64,000 bases of DNA from an uncultured Chloroflexia bacterium (GCA_963713975.1 OY970218.1:256001-320000), one strand, 5' to 3'. Numbered from the stretch's first letter, positions 27,192 through 37,452 are shown. The notes: generated from the letters alone by a model not told the origin. Numbers and translations are program-made.

Positions 27192-27521
27192 ATGCGCACT
27201 GAACTTCCCATCCTGGGAGACCTGCGGATGGACCTGGCCTCGCCAGACGTGGCAGACGCCGCTTCGGCAGCTGCGCTCCTCGCCGACCCGATCCGGGCGA
27301 GCATCGTGAAGATGCTCCGCGGTGGGCCTGTCTGCGTCTGCGAGATGGCCGCTGCGCTGAAGGCACGCGAGAACAACGTGAGCAATCACCTCGCCCGGCT
27401 CCGAGACGCCGGTCTCGTGCGTGCCAGCAAGTACGGCGCCGACACGCGTCGGGTCTACTACGAGCGTGATGCCGCGGCGTGCGAACGCGCGCTCGAGGCC
27501 CTGAGGGACGTGCTGCGCTGA
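27192..27521 (+). CDS. ArsR/SmtB-family repressor
   Basis: LADPIRASI, CVCEM, VSNHLARLRDAGLV, RVYY; GGAG RBS. Confidence 0.88.
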   Translation: MRTELPILGDLRMDLASPDVADAASAAALLADPIRASIVKMLRGGPVCVCEMAAALKARENNVSNHLARLRDAGLVRASKYGADTRRVYYERDAAACERALEALRDVLR

Positions 27522-27677
27522 AGAACGTCGGAAGGGCCCCAGGAGACGGTCAGGATCTTGCGCAAGGGGCGCGGGCCACGGGCACTGAATGAGGGCGGAC
27601 GAGCGGCAGCCCAGGCCCGCGGCAGGGCGTAGGACGGGTCACAAGGATGCTGGGTAGGGGCCATCCGGCCCACGATG

Positions 27678-27699
27678 TATCTCAGATCCTACTGATACA
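27678..27699 (+). promoter_or_regulatory. ArsR-like dyad upstream of the second arsR
   Basis: GTATCTCAGATCCTACTGATAC (TCAG-N6-CTGA). Confidence 0.5.
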
Positions 27700-27745
27700 G
27701 TCGTGGTTGAGATGTATCCCCTCCCACCGTCCGTCGAGGCCCTCC

Positions 27746-28075
27746 ATGGCGATTGAGCTGCCCGTCCTTCCCGATCTCCGGCTGGGCCTGGTGCCGCCGA
27801 ACGTTGGTCCGTCGGTCGAGGTCGCGATGCTCCTTGCCGATCGCAACCGGATGGCGATCCTTGCCCTGCTGCGCTCGGGTCCGCACTGCGTGTGCGAGAT
27901 GGCCGCCGCTCTCGGTTCGCGCGAGAACAACGTCAGCAACCACTTGGCGCGCCTTCGTGACGCAGGTCTTGTGAAGGCCGCCCGAGTGTCGCCTGACCAG
28001 CGACGCGTCTACTACGAGCGGGATGAGGCCGCTGTCTCAGAGGCCATTGCGACGCTGATCGGAGTGGTCCGATGA
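27746..28075 (+). CDS. ArsR/SmtB-family repressor (paralog)
   Basis: LADRNR, CVCEM, VSNHLARLRDAGLV, RVYY. Confidence 0.88.
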   Translation: MAIELPVLPDLRLGLVPPNVGPSVEVAMLLADRNRMAILALLRSGPHCVCEMAAALGSRENNVSNHLARLRDAGLVKAARVSPDQRRVYYERDEAAVSEAIATLIGVVR

Positions 28076-29118
28076 CCACCCTTGCAGTCCGGCGCCCGGC
28101 AATTCCCTTCTGGGCAACCGTCGCGGGCGGGGCGGTGCTCTGGTTGATCGCATGGTTCATGACCCTGCCACTCGCCAACTGGCTCACCTATGACCTGCTC
28201 GGACTGGAACAGGGCTCACAGTTCGGTGACGCCGTCGCGTTCTTCCTGTACGACGTCCCGAAGGTCCTGCTTCTGCTGACCGGGATCGTCACGCTCGTCT
28301 CGTTCCTTCGATCATTCGTGTCACCAGAGCGGGTGCGCCGGACCCTCGCCGGCCGCGGCGTCCTCCCGGGGACGATGGCCGCCGCGGGTTTCGGGGTCGT
28401 GACGCCGTTCTGCTCCTGCTCCGCCGTGCCGCTGTTCATCGGCTTCGTGGAGGCCGGAGTGCCGCTGGGCGTGACCTTCGCGTTCCTCGTCGCCTCGCCG
28501 ATGGTCAACGAGGTCGCGATCGTGCTGCTCTGGGGGCTGTTCGGTCCTGGCGTCGCGATCGCCTACATGGCCGCCGGCCTCGTGGTCGCGATCTTGGCCG
28601 GACTCCTGATCGGGAAGCTCCACCTCGAGCGCTATGTCGAGGACTATGTCTGGCAGATCCAGGCGGGTACGGGCGCAGCGTCGGTCGAGTTCAAGCCGAC
28701 GCCCGAGGATCGCGTGCGGGACGCTTGGCGCTCGACGGTCGACATCATCCGGCGCGTGCTCCCGTTCGTCGTCGTGGGCATCGGGATCGGGGCCCTCATC
28801 CACGGGTTTGTGCCCACGGACTTCGTCCTGTCTGTTGGTGGCACGGAAAACCCGCTGGCTGTCCCGGTGCTCGTGACCCTGGGCGTTCCGCTGTACAGCA
28901 ACGCCGCGGGCATGATCCCGATCGTCGAGGCGCTGATCGGGAAGGGCCTGCCGCTGGGTTCCGCCCTCGCGTTCATGATGGCCGTCACCGCCCTCTCCTT
29001 GCCCGAGCTCGTGATCTTGCGCAAGGTCATGAAGCCGCACTTGATCGCCGTTTTCGTCGGTGTCGTCGGAGCGGGAATCCTCCTCGTCGGCTACGGCTTC
29101 AACGCCTTCATCAACTGA
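28072..29118 (+). CDS. arsP: ArsP-family permease (DUF318)
   Basis: TPFCSCSAVPLFIG, ASPMVNE, GVPLYSN, LSLPE. Confidence 0.9.
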   Translation: MTTLAVRRPAIPFWATVAGGAVLWLIAWFMTLPLANWLTYDLLGLEQGSQFGDAVAFFLYDVPKVLLLLTGIVTLVSFLRSFVSPERVRRTLAGRGVLPGTMAAAGFGVVTPFCSCSAVPLFIGFVEAGVPLGVTFAFLVASPMVNEVAIVLLWGLFGPGVAIAYMAAGLVVAILAGLLIGKLHLERYVEDYVWQIQAGTGAASVEFKPTPEDRVRDAWRSTVDIIRRVLPFVVVGIGIGALIHGFVPTDFVLSVGGTENPLAVPVLVTLGVPLYSNAAGMIPIVEALIGKGLPLGSALAFMMAVTALSLPELVILRKVMKPHLIAVFVGVVGAGILLVGYGFNAFIN

Positions 29119-29144
29119 TCGCATACTGATCGAAAGGAGCACCC

Positions 29145-29381
29145 ATGAAGAAGATCGAGGTCCTGGGACCAGGCTGCAACAATTGCGTCCGCCTCGAGAA
29201 GAACACACGCGAGGCACTCGCGATCGCGGGCATCGAGGCGGAGGTGGTCAAGGTCACCGATTACGCCGAGATCATGGCCTACGGGATCATGAGCACCCCC
29301 GGCCTTGTCGTGGACGGAAGGGTCGTGAGCTACGGGCGCGTCCCGTCCGCAGCCGACATCGTTCCGCTGCTGGGCGACTGA
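29145..29381 (+). CDS. Small thioredoxin-like protein (MTH895 type)
   Basis: IEVLGPGCNNC, YGIMSTPGLVVDG. Confidence 0.9.
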   Translation: MKKIEVLGPGCNNCVRLEKNTREALAIAGIEAEVVKVTDYAEIMAYGIMSTPGLVVDGRVVSYGRVPSAADIVPLLGD

Positions 29382-29387
29382 CCGGAC

Positions 29388-29981
29388 TCAGGGCCTCGGG
29401 CGCCCCTGGCTGGCCCGCTCGTCACGCGCGGCCAGCGTGGCGGTCTGCTCGATCCGGGCCGCGCGCGTCGCGGGCCGCTTCGCCTGCCGGATCCACCCCA
29501 GGATCATGCGGCGCGCGGAGGGCGGAAAGCCGGCCCAGTGATCCGCGGCGGGCGGGTTGGCATCGAGCGCCGCCCGCAGGTCGTCCGGCACCACCAGGTT
29601 CTCGACGTCGTCGAGCATCGTCCAGCTGCCGTTCTCCTTCGCGCGCTCGATGGCCGCCAGGCCGGCCGGCGCCATCAGCCCCGCCGCGGTGAGGAGCTCC
29701 ACCCGCGCCTTGTTGGTGCGGGCCCAGCCGCTGCGTGGCCGCCGCGGGGCGTAGTACTGCCTGCGACGTTGCTCGTCGACCGTCCCGGCAGTGCCGTCGA
29801 TCCACCCGAAGCACAGCGCCTCCAGGACGCCTTCCTCGTACCCGAGCACGCCATGCCCGTGGCCGGCACGCCAGGTGACGAGCCACGCGTTCGCGGCGGT
29901 CGCGTGGTTGGCCTCCAGCCAAGCGCGCCACTCCTCGCTCGTCTCGCACTGGACCAGGGGGGCGTCGTCGAACGCGGACAT
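29388..29981 (-). CDS. YdeI/OmpD-associated family protein
   Basis: WRAWLEANH, EALCFGWIDG, PRRPRSGW..TNK, AKRPATRAARI. Confidence 0.88.
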   Translation of the reverse strand: MSAFDDAPLVQCETSEEWRAWLEANHATAANAWLVTWRAGHGHGVLGYEEGVLEALCFGWIDGTAGTVDEQRRRQYYAPRRPRSGWARTNKARVELLTAAGLMAPAGLAAIERAKENGSWTMLDDVENLVVPDDLRAALDANPPAADHWAGFPPSARRMILGWIRQAKRPATRAARIEQTATLAARDERASQGRPRP

Positions 29982-30012
29982 GGCGCGGAGTGTATGGCGC
30001 AACCGCACGGGC

Positions 30013-30690
30013 ATGTCTCGGGTTCCCCATGATGTGCCCGTGCTTCCTGCTGCCCTGTCCGATGCCGACCTGCCCGCCGCAGTCGCGATCCTCGCCGCGC
30101 GTGATGAGGGCCTCGCCGCCATTGCCGAACGCTTCGGCACCCCGCCACTGTGGGCCAGGGAGCCAGGCTTCCCAACGCTCGTCCACCTGATCCTGGAGCA
30201 GCAGGTGTCGCTGGCCTCCGCGCTGGCCGCCTTCGATCGCCTGGTGGCCGCGACCGACCCCCTGACACCCGAGGCCCTCCTGGCGCTGGACGATGCGCAG
30301 CTGCTGGCCATCGGGTTCAGCCGCCAGAAGGCCAGGTATGCGCGGGCCCTCGGCGTCGCGGTCCGGGACGGTGCGCTCGACCTGCCCGATCTCGCCTCGG
30401 CGGACGACGACGAGGTGGACCGACGGCTCACGACGCTGCCGGGCATCGGGCCCTGGACGGCGACCATCTACCGGCTGATGGTGCTGCTGCGACCGGACGC
30501 ATGGCCGATCCATGACATCGCGCTGGCCCAGGCGATCGCGGAGGTGCGCGGGCTCTCGACCCGCCCTTCGCCCGAGGAGCTGCACGCCATCGCCGAGGCC
30601 TGGCGCCCGTGGCGCGCGGTCGCGGCCAGGCTCTTGTGGCACCACTACCTGTCGGTGCGGGCCGAACGCCGTGCCGGCCGGCGCGCCTGA
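30013..30690 (+). CDS. DNA-3-methyladenine glycosylase II (AlkA/HhH-GPD)
   Basis: ILEQQVS, LPGIGPWTA, WPIHD, WRPWRAVAARLLW. Confidence 0.88.
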   Translation: MSRVPHDVPVLPAALSDADLPAAVAILAARDEGLAAIAERFGTPPLWAREPGFPTLVHLILEQQVSLASALAAFDRLVAATDPLTPEALLALDDAQLLAIGFSRQKARYARALGVAVRDGALDLPDLASADDDEVDRRLTTLPGIGPWTATIYRLMVLLRPDAWPIHDIALAQAIAEVRGLSTRPSPEELHAIAEAWRPWRAVAARLLWHHYLSVRAERRAGRRA

Positions 30691-30693
30691 GGG

Positions 30694-32331
30694 CTAGGAG
30701 CCCGTCCTCGACCCCGCCTTGGCCCGGTCCCGGTCCGTCACGATCCGCTGCGCGGCGAACTTGCCGGGGGCGCCGGTCACGCAGCCGCCCGGATGCGTCC
30801 CGGAGCCGCACTGGTAGTACCCGCCGATCGGCGTCCGGTAGTCGGCCCAGCCGGGTGCCGGCCGGAAGCTGAACATCTGGGGAGCGAGGAGCTCGCCGTG
30901 GAAGATGTTGCCCTCCGTCAGGCCCGCCACCTGCTCGATGTCGAGCGGCGTGACCACCTCGCGCTGCAGGACCAGGTCCCCGAACCCGGGGAAGAACGAC
31001 TCCAGCGTGCGCTGGACGGTGTCGCCCAAGTTCTGGCGCTCGACGTTCCAGTCGCTCTCGCGGAGCTGGTACGGGACCCACTGGACGAAGCAGGACATGA
31101 CGTGCTTGCCGGGTGGTGCCATGTCCGGGTCGATCGTGCTCTGGATGGCACAGTCGAGGTACGGCCGGGTGCTGTACCAGCCGTACTTCGCCTCGTCGTA
31201 GGCGCGCTCGAGGTAGTCCAGGCTCGGGGCCACGTTGGTGAAGCCACGGTAGTGGTCCTCGCGGTCCGACAACGCCGGGTAGGTGGGGAGCCCGTCGAGC
31301 GCGAAGTTGACCTTTGCCGACGTGCCCTGGAACCGGTAGCGCCGGATCGCGTCCACGAGGTCCGACGGCAGCTCCCGCGGGTCCACCAGCTCCATGAACG
31401 TCCGGCGCGGGTCCAGCGCGGAGACGACCACCGGGGCGTGGTACTCCGTGCCATCTTCGAGGGCGACGCCGGTCGCCCGGCCATCCCTCGTGATCACGTT
31501 CGCCACCGGGGACTCGAGGCGGATCTCCGCCCCCAGCGCCGTCGCCGCGCGTGACAGCACCTGCGTGAAGCCGCCGTTGCCGCCCTTGTGGAACGACCAC
31601 GCGCCCATCACCCCGTCGTGCTCGCCAAGCAGGTGGTAGAGCAGCACCAGCCCCGAACCCTGCGAGCGCGGCCCGACCTTGGTTCCGATGATCGAGGAGC
31701 TGGCGAGGTAGCCCTTGATGATCTCCGACTCGAAGTAGTCGTCGAGGAAGTCCGCCGCGCTGCCCGTCAGCAGCCGGACCGCGTTGTGCAGGACGTCCTT
31801 GGGCAGCGCCTTGAACCGGGCCCCGAGGCCGGCCAGGGCGAGCAGCTCCTCAGGGTCATCGCTGAACAGGTTGGGCGGCGGCGCGTCCATCAGCGGCTTG
31901 AACGCCTGGAGGACCTTGCCCAGGTCCTTGTCGAAGCGGTCGTAGGCGTCCGCATCGTGCCGGGAGTGGCGGGCGATCTCCTGCTGGTTGGCGCCGTGGT
32001 CCTGGCCCAGCAGCAGGTAGTCGCCGTTCTCCATCGGCGCGAAGGTGGACGACATCAGCAGGGGCATGAAGCCGTGTCGGACGAGGTCAAGCTCCTGGAC
32101 GATGTCCGGGCGGAGCAGGGACAGGGCGTAGCTGAACGTCGTGAACGAGAAGCCGGGGCGGAGCTCCTCGGTGATGGCCGCTCCGCCGACCAGCGGGCGC
32201 CGTTCGAGCACCAACGTCCGCAGGCCGGACTTCGCGAGGTACGCGGCGTTGACGAGCCCGTTGTGCCCGCCGCCGACGACGATGGCGTCCCAGGTGCGGT
32301 CGGTACGGGAGGTGCGATCGGTCTTCGACAT
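30694..32331 (-). CDS. Phytoene-desaturase-like FAD oxidoreductase (PYROXD2 type)
   Basis: VVGGGHNGL, LERR..GGA, GNIFHG, CGSGTHPGGCVTGAPG. Confidence 0.88.
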   Translation of the reverse strand: MSKTDRTSRTDRTWDAIVVGGGHNGLVNAAYLAKSGLRTLVLERRPLVGGAAITEELRPGFSFTTFSYALSLLRPDIVQELDLVRHGFMPLLMSSTFAPMENGDYLLLGQDHGANQQEIARHSRHDADAYDRFDKDLGKVLQAFKPLMDAPPPNLFSDDPEELLALAGLGARFKALPKDVLHNAVRLLTGSAADFLDDYFESEIIKGYLASSSIIGTKVGPRSQGSGLVLLYHLLGEHDGVMGAWSFHKGGNGGFTQVLSRAATALGAEIRLESPVANVITRDGRATGVALEDGTEYHAPVVVSALDPRRTFMELVDPRELPSDLVDAIRRYRFQGTSAKVNFALDGLPTYPALSDREDHYRGFTNVAPSLDYLERAYDEAKYGWYSTRPYLDCAIQSTIDPDMAPPGKHVMSCFVQWVPYQLRESDWNVERQNLGDTVQRTLESFFPGFGDLVLQREVVTPLDIEQVAGLTEGNIFHGELLAPQMFSFRPAPGWADYRTPIGGYYQCGSGTHPGGCVTGAPGKFAAQRIVTDRDRAKAGSRTGS

Positions 32332-32333
32332 GG

Positions 32334-33536
32334 TCAGGCCGTCTTCCGCTGCGGGTTGTAGTGGGGAAGGCGCGCGGTCTGCGCGGCGACGTGCACGTAG
32401 CGATGGTTGATCGGGATCTCCAGGTTGACCCTGGAGCCGGCGACCGCCGAGGCGACCGGCACGCGGGCGATGCCGATGTGGCGCTGGAGGACCGGCGAGT
32501 ACATGAAGCTGGTCGCGAAGCCCACCTGCTCCCCGTCGTCGTCGTACAGGAACATCTCCTCCTGGACAGGCGTGTGATCCATCGGTGGGACCAGCCCCGC
32601 CTCGTCGTGGAGCCGGTTCCAGTCCCGGTAGTCCACCACGATCCCGGTCGTCCGGAAGCGCGAGGCCTTGCCGGCGATCTCGCGACGGATGGCGTCGCGA
32701 CCGATGAACCGGCGGTCGTCCGTGTCGACGCCACGGAGCATCCAGGCCAGGCCCATCTCGCTGGGGGTGGCCCGGTCCGCGTCGGTCCATGCGAAGCGGC
32801 TGGACGCGAAGTCCACGTCCAGGAGCAGTAGCCCCGCCTCGATGCGCGTCATGTACAGGGCCTGGAGCCCGAAGGGCATCACGCCGTACCCGCGCGTCGC
32901 CGCCCAGACCGCGTCCCAGACCGGGAGCGCGTCCTCGGCGCGGCACCAGACCTCGTAGCCAAGGTCCCCGGTGTAGCCCGTGCGCGACACGTGGACCTTG
33001 TGGCCGCCGATCCTGGCCTTGCGATGCTCGAAGTAGTCGAGCCTGCCGATCCCCTTGTCCAGGCCCTCGAGGAGCAGCCGCGAACGGGGTCCCTGGAGGG
33101 ACAGGACGGCCCACTCGTCCGACACGTCCTCGATGACCACGGCATCGCGGGGACCGACCAGGTCCGCGAAGTAGGCGAGGTTGGGTTCCGCGGCGGTCAG
33201 GACGAACTCGTCGTCCGCGTGCCGGAGCAGGACGCCGTCCTCCACCAGGAACCCCCGGTCGTCACACCAGATCGTGTACTGGGCCTCGCCCGGCTTGAGG
33301 GTCCGCGGGTCGCGGGCGAGGACCCCGGCCAGGAACCGCTCCGCACCGGGACCCGAGAAGCGGTACTTGAACAGCGGCGAGGTGTCGAGGAGGCCGGCGG
33401 CATTGCGCACGGCGACGTACTCGAACTTCTCGCTCAGCTGGTACTTCTCCGCGGCCAGCCGGCCGGACCAGTGACTCCAGAGGCCGGTCTCGTTGAGCGC
33501 GGACGTGCGCTCGTGGAACGGTGTGGTACGGATCAT
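32334..33536 (-). CDS. GcvT-like aminomethyltransferase/demethylase family
   Basis: TTPFH, VRNAAGLLDTS, LQGP, SRTGYTGDLGYE, RIEAG. Confidence 0.88.
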   Translation of the reverse strand: MIRTTPFHERTSALNETGLWSHWSGRLAAEKYQLSEKFEYVAVRNAAGLLDTSPLFKYRFSGPGAERFLAGVLARDPRTLKPGEAQYTIWCDDRGFLVEDGVLLRHADDEFVLTAAEPNLAYFADLVGPRDAVVIEDVSDEWAVLSLQGPRSRLLLEGLDKGIGRLDYFEHRKARIGGHKVHVSRTGYTGDLGYEVWCRAEDALPVWDAVWAATRGYGVMPFGLQALYMTRIEAGLLLLDVDFASSRFAWTDADRATPSEMGLAWMLRGVDTDDRRFIGRDAIRREIAGKASRFRTTGIVVDYRDWNRLHDEAGLVPPMDHTPVQEEMFLYDDDGEQVGFATSFMYSPVLQRHIGIARVPVASAVAGSRVNLEIPINHRYVHVAAQTARLPHYNPQRKTA

Positions 33537-33621
33537 CGGGACGCGCTCCTACCTCCCTGCGGGGTCCGTGCACGGTAGCGCGTCGAGGCCCCGGTGGGCA
33601 GCAGGTGTTGCCGCAGGTGGA

Positions 33622-34104
33622 TCAGGCGGTTGCGAGCTCCTCGCCGGGCGGCTCGCTCGAGATCCCCCAGCCGCCGAAGACCGCGGTGCCCTCCAGGCGG
33701 AGCACCGGGGCCCCCTCGTCGCGGTTGCCGTCCGGGCGGCTGTCGCCTGCGCCACCGATCCCGACCAGCTTTGTCTCGACCCGCCAGTCCTCCGGGACCA
33801 CCAGGCTGCCGCCCCCGAACAACGCGTTGACCCGGAGGGTCGCACCGGCCGGGTCCAGCGTCGCCCCGCGCAGGTCGACCGTCCCTCCACCGAACCAGGT
33901 CGTCACGCTACCGCCGCGGAACGCGCCGGCCGCGCTCTTGAACTCGAGTGGACCGAAGGTCGCGACGAGGTCGACCTCGTCCGCCGCGGGATCCTGGTCG
34001 ACCGCCTTCCGGCCCTTGAGCTTCGCGTAGATGACCGCGCCCATGACGAACACGAACCAGCCGAACAGGAGAATGGAGGCGACGCGAGCAAGACGACCGA
34101 GCAT
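33622..34104 (-). CDS. LiaF/DUF2154-like membrane-anchored beta-repeat protein
   Basis: N-terminal TM; TWFGGGTVDLR, ALFGGGSLVVP, AVFGG repeats. Confidence 0.75.
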   Translation of the reverse strand: MLGRLARVASILLFGWFVFVMGAVIYAKLKGRKAVDQDPAADEVDLVATFGPLEFKSAAGAFRGGSVTTWFGGGTVDLRGATLDPAGATLRVNALFGGGSLVVPEDWRVETKLVGIGGAGDSRPDGNRDEGAPVLRLEGTAVFGGWGISSEPPGEELATA

Positions 34105-34378
34105 CGTGGATACCCCGAGGCGAGCGGCCGCGCGAGTGCAGCCGGTTGGCCACCAGCATCGCCGCTGCCCGGGTCCGCGTAAAGGGCCGGGCAGCCTCGC
34201 CACGCCCGTCGGATTCGCCAGGTTCACCCTGTCCCGGTATCGTTGCGCCCTCAACTCGTGTTCGATGGGCGCCCCCGGTCGGCGCCCCGGTCTTCACTCG
34301 ACCGCCTGATCCCGACCCCCAACCCGCCCTGACCGGAGCCCGCCGCGCGGGAATGGGCCCGTCAGGAGCGTTCCTTCC

Positions 34379-36079
34379 GTGTCGTTTGATGGTCTCGGGC
34401 TGTCGCCCGAGCTTCTCCGCGCCGTAGCCGACCAGGGCTACGAGACCCCAACCCCCGTCCAGCAGGCGGCGATCCCACTCGTCCTAGAGGGACGTGACCT
34501 GCTCGCCGGCGCCCAGACCGGCACCGGCAAGACGGCCGCGTTCGTGCTTCCGATCATCCACCGCCTCCACGAGACCCGGCGCGACGGCACGGGCCGCCAC
34601 CACATCCGCGTGCTCGTCGTGGTGCCCACCCGAGAGCTCGCCATCCAGGTCGAGGAGTCGGTCCGAACGTACGGCTCCCATCGGCCGGTGCGCTCCGCAA
34701 CCGTCTACGGCGGCGTCGGCTTCGGACCGCAGCTGACGAAGCTGCGCGCCGGCCCGGAGATCGTGGTCGCCACACCGGGGCGCCTCCTCGATCACGTCTC
34801 GCAGCGGACCATCGACCTCTCGCACGTCGAGGTCCTCGTCCTCGACGAGGCGGACCGGATGCTCGACATGGGCTTCATCCGGGACATCCGCAAGATCCTC
34901 GCCCTGCTGCCCGCGAAGCGCCAGAACCTGCTGTTCTCGGCCACCTTCTCCGATGACATCCGCGACCTCGCGGGCGGCTTGCTGGACAACCCCGCACATG
35001 TCCAGGTCACACCCCGGAACAGCACCACGGAGCTCATCGACCAGCTGGTCATCCCCGTAGATCGCGAGCGCAAGCGAGACCTCCTGCGGGAGCTCGTCGC
35101 CCTGGGCCGCGTGCGCCAGGCCTTGGTGTTCACCCGAACCAAGCACGGTGCCAACCGCCTCGCCGAGCAGCTCCGCAAGGACGGCATCGAAGCGGCGGCG
35201 ATCCACGGCAACCGCAGCCAGTCGCAGCGCGTGAAGGCCCTCTCGGACTTCAAGACGGGACGCGTCGCCATCCTCGTCGCCACCGACATCGCCGCCCGAG
35301 GCCTCGACATCGAGCAGCTGCCGCACGTCGTCAACTTCGAGCTGCCGATGGTGCCCGAGGACTACGTCCACCGGATCGGCCGGACCGGGCGCGCGGGCGT
35401 CGACGGCCAGGCGATCTCACTCGTCTGCGTCGACGAGACGCCGCTGCTCCGCGCGATCCAGGGCCTGCTCAAGCGCGTGATCCCGTCCGAGGTCATCGCG
35501 GGCTTCGAGCCCGACCGCAGCATCCGGCCCGAGGCGATCCGGCTCAGGTCCACACCTGCCGAGCGACGCCAGTTCGCCATCGAGCGTGCGGAACGCGCTC
35601 CTGCGGCCCGGGGCGGCGCGCCCCGCGGGTACGAGGCGGCGCCTGTACGGCATGCCGGGGCAGCGCGCGAGGAGACGGCCGCGACCTCGGCCCGAGCCCA
35701 GGGACCGGCCCACGGACACGCACCGGGTCGACCGGGCGCCGGCGAGCGATCCGGCCGCCGGGGCCAGCAGCCATCCCGCGGCCAGTCCGGGCGGGGCGGC
35801 CATGGTGGCGGTCACGCGGGCGGACGGACGACCCAGGCACCGGGCACCGGGATCGGCAACGGGATGGCCCGGCCCGCCGGCCCGCATCGCACCCAGCCGG
35901 GCGGCCACCGCCCACGGCCCGGGGGACCCCAGGATCGAGGCGATCGCCGGGACAGCCGCCGGGACGGCCAGCCCGCCGGCGGGTCTCAGCGCGGCTCGAC
36001 GGGCCCGAGGTCCGCGGGACCCGGCCAGGTCCGGGCGATGCCGGGCGAACGCCTCCGGCGCCTCGCTCCGGAGGCCTGA
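34379..36079 (+). CDS. rhlE: DEAD-box RNA helicase RhlE-like with long RG-rich tail
   Basis: [34 protein letters not shown]. Confidence 0.92.
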   Translation: MSFDGLGLSPELLRAVADQGYETPTPVQQAAIPLVLEGRDLLAGAQTGTGKTAAFVLPIIHRLHETRRDGTGRHHIRVLVVVPTRELAIQVEESVRTYGSHRPVRSATVYGGVGFGPQLTKLRAGPEIVVATPGRLLDHVSQRTIDLSHVEVLVLDEADRMLDMGFIRDIRKILALLPAKRQNLLFSATFSDDIRDLAGGLLDNPAHVQVTPRNSTTELIDQLVIPVDRERKRDLLRELVALGRVRQALVFTRTKHGANRLAEQLRKDGIEAAAIHGNRSQSQRVKALSDFKTGRVAILVATDIAARGLDIEQLPHVVNFELPMVPEDYVHRIGRTGRAGVDGQAISLVCVDETPLLRAIQGLLKRVIPSEVIAGFEPDRSIRPEAIRLRSTPAERRQFAIERAERAPAARGGAPRGYEAAPVRHAGAAREETAATSARAQGPAHGHAPGRPGAGERSGRRGQQPSRGQSGRGGHGGGHAGGRTTQAPGTGIGNGMARPAGPHRTQPGGHRPRPGGPQDRGDRRDSRRDGQPAGGSQRGSTGPRSAGPGQVRAMPGERLRRLAPEA

Positions 36080-36092
36080 TCCCCGCTCGCGA

Positions 36093-37274
36093 TCAGATGC
36101 CGCCTGCGGCGGCCTCGATCGTAGGCGGCACGCCGATCGACGCGCCCTCGCCCTTGAGCCACGCTCGCAGGCTGGCTCGCCAGATGGCCCGCTCGTGGTA
36201 GCTGCCGTTGGCCTGTAAGCCGTCGAAGCCACCGGTCCGGATCAGCGTCTCCAGGATCGGGGCCAACTGCGACCCGTAGACGTGCATGCAGGGCTCGGGA
36301 CGCACACCCGGCCATGAGTAGCAGGTGACGGTCGTTCGTCGTTGATCCGTGGGGATCTCGGGCGGGAGACGGTCCCAGGCCGGATCGTCGGGCGAGAACT
36401 CCCACTGGTCCAGGTCGCCCTGCGGGATCCCCTCGATCCCACGCACGGTCACCGGGTCGTTGTCCAGGAGGTACGGGTCCACGACCAGGTCGCAGATGAC
36501 GCCGTGCGCCGGCATCAGGCCGATCCAACTGTTGGGGATCAGCGGGACCGACGCGTCGCGTCTCTGGGTGGCGTCGACCAGGATGTCCGTCATCGTCAGG
36601 CGGCCCCGCAGGTAGTCCGGATCGCGGGTCAGGTTGCGCCCGACCGTGGCGACCTCCACGCCAGCCAGTCCGCTGCGCATGAATGCCTCGTTGCGGGCGT
36701 CGTCGCCGTACTTCGTCGCGAAGTCCACAGCGTGCTTGCCCACCGTGCCGGTGCCCATGATGGTCACCCGCACCGGGGGGCGCCCGCGGACGGTCATCGC
36801 CGGCCAGTAGCGCTCCAGGGCCTGGAACGCCGAGCCGATCCCGTTCCAGGCGACACTGCGCAGGTTCTCGATCAGCCGCCTGCCCTCGTCGTCGACGATG
36901 GTGTCGAGGCTGATGGCGTCCACGCCGAGGTCCGCCAGGGTCTGCACGCGGGCCGGCCGGGTCGGGAAGTGGAGCATGGAGACCAGGACGGCACCGCGGC
37001 GCAGTCGCTCGTAGTGACCCTCGGGCGCACGGAGGGCAACGACGATGTCCTGCTGGTATGCGGTGTCCTCGTCGGTCGCGTGGACGTGCGGCGAGATCGA
37101 CGTGTAGTCGGTGTCGTCATAGCCCATCCCTGAGCCGACGCCGGACTCCACGAACACGTCCGCCCCGAGCCCGACCAGGAGGCCGATCAGGGGTGGCAGG
37201 AAGTCCCGACGCTCGCCCGGCTCCTTGTGCATCCGGGGAAAGCCGACCGTCATCCGGCCAGACGCATCTGCCAT
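36093..37274 (-). CDS. Alanine dehydrogenase/PNT-family NAD(P) oxidoreductase (carboxyethyl-ornithine-synthase-like)
   Basis: VGFPRMHKEPGERR, VESGVG, GTGTVG Rossmann motif, ICDL. Confidence 0.7.
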   Translation of the reverse strand: MADASGRMTVGFPRMHKEPGERRDFLPPLIGLLVGLGADVFVESGVGSGMGYDDTDYTSISPHVHATDEDTAYQQDIVVALRAPEGHYERLRRGAVLVSMLHFPTRPARVQTLADLGVDAISLDTIVDDEGRRLIENLRSVAWNGIGSAFQALERYWPAMTVRGRPPVRVTIMGTGTVGKHAVDFATKYGDDARNEAFMRSGLAGVEVATVGRNLTRDPDYLRGRLTMTDILVDATQRRDASVPLIPNSWIGLMPAHGVICDLVVDPYLLDNDPVTVRGIEGIPQGDLDQWEFSPDDPAWDRLPPEIPTDQRRTTVTCYSWPGVRPEPCMHVYGSQLAPILETLIRTGGFDGLQANGSYHERAIWRASLRAWLKGEGASIGVPPTIEAAAGGI

Positions 37275-37452
37275 GGCACCGCTCCGCTACGGGTGGGCTC
37301 CAACCCTATTGTGGGCGCTCCGGAGCCGCCGCGGCCGAGCGGCCCGATAGGACCGGCCATCGGACCCCAACCTCCATCGCAGCGACCCGGCGGTCACCGC
37401 GCGCGGCCGACTCGCGTGCGCGCCTGTTCTCGCATGCCCGTAGACTTCCGCC

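Noticed and set aside
24636-29381. Arsenic cluster as a mobile element
   Set aside because: Codon usage looks slightly less GC-biased by eye, but no integrase, transposase or terminal repeats are visible.
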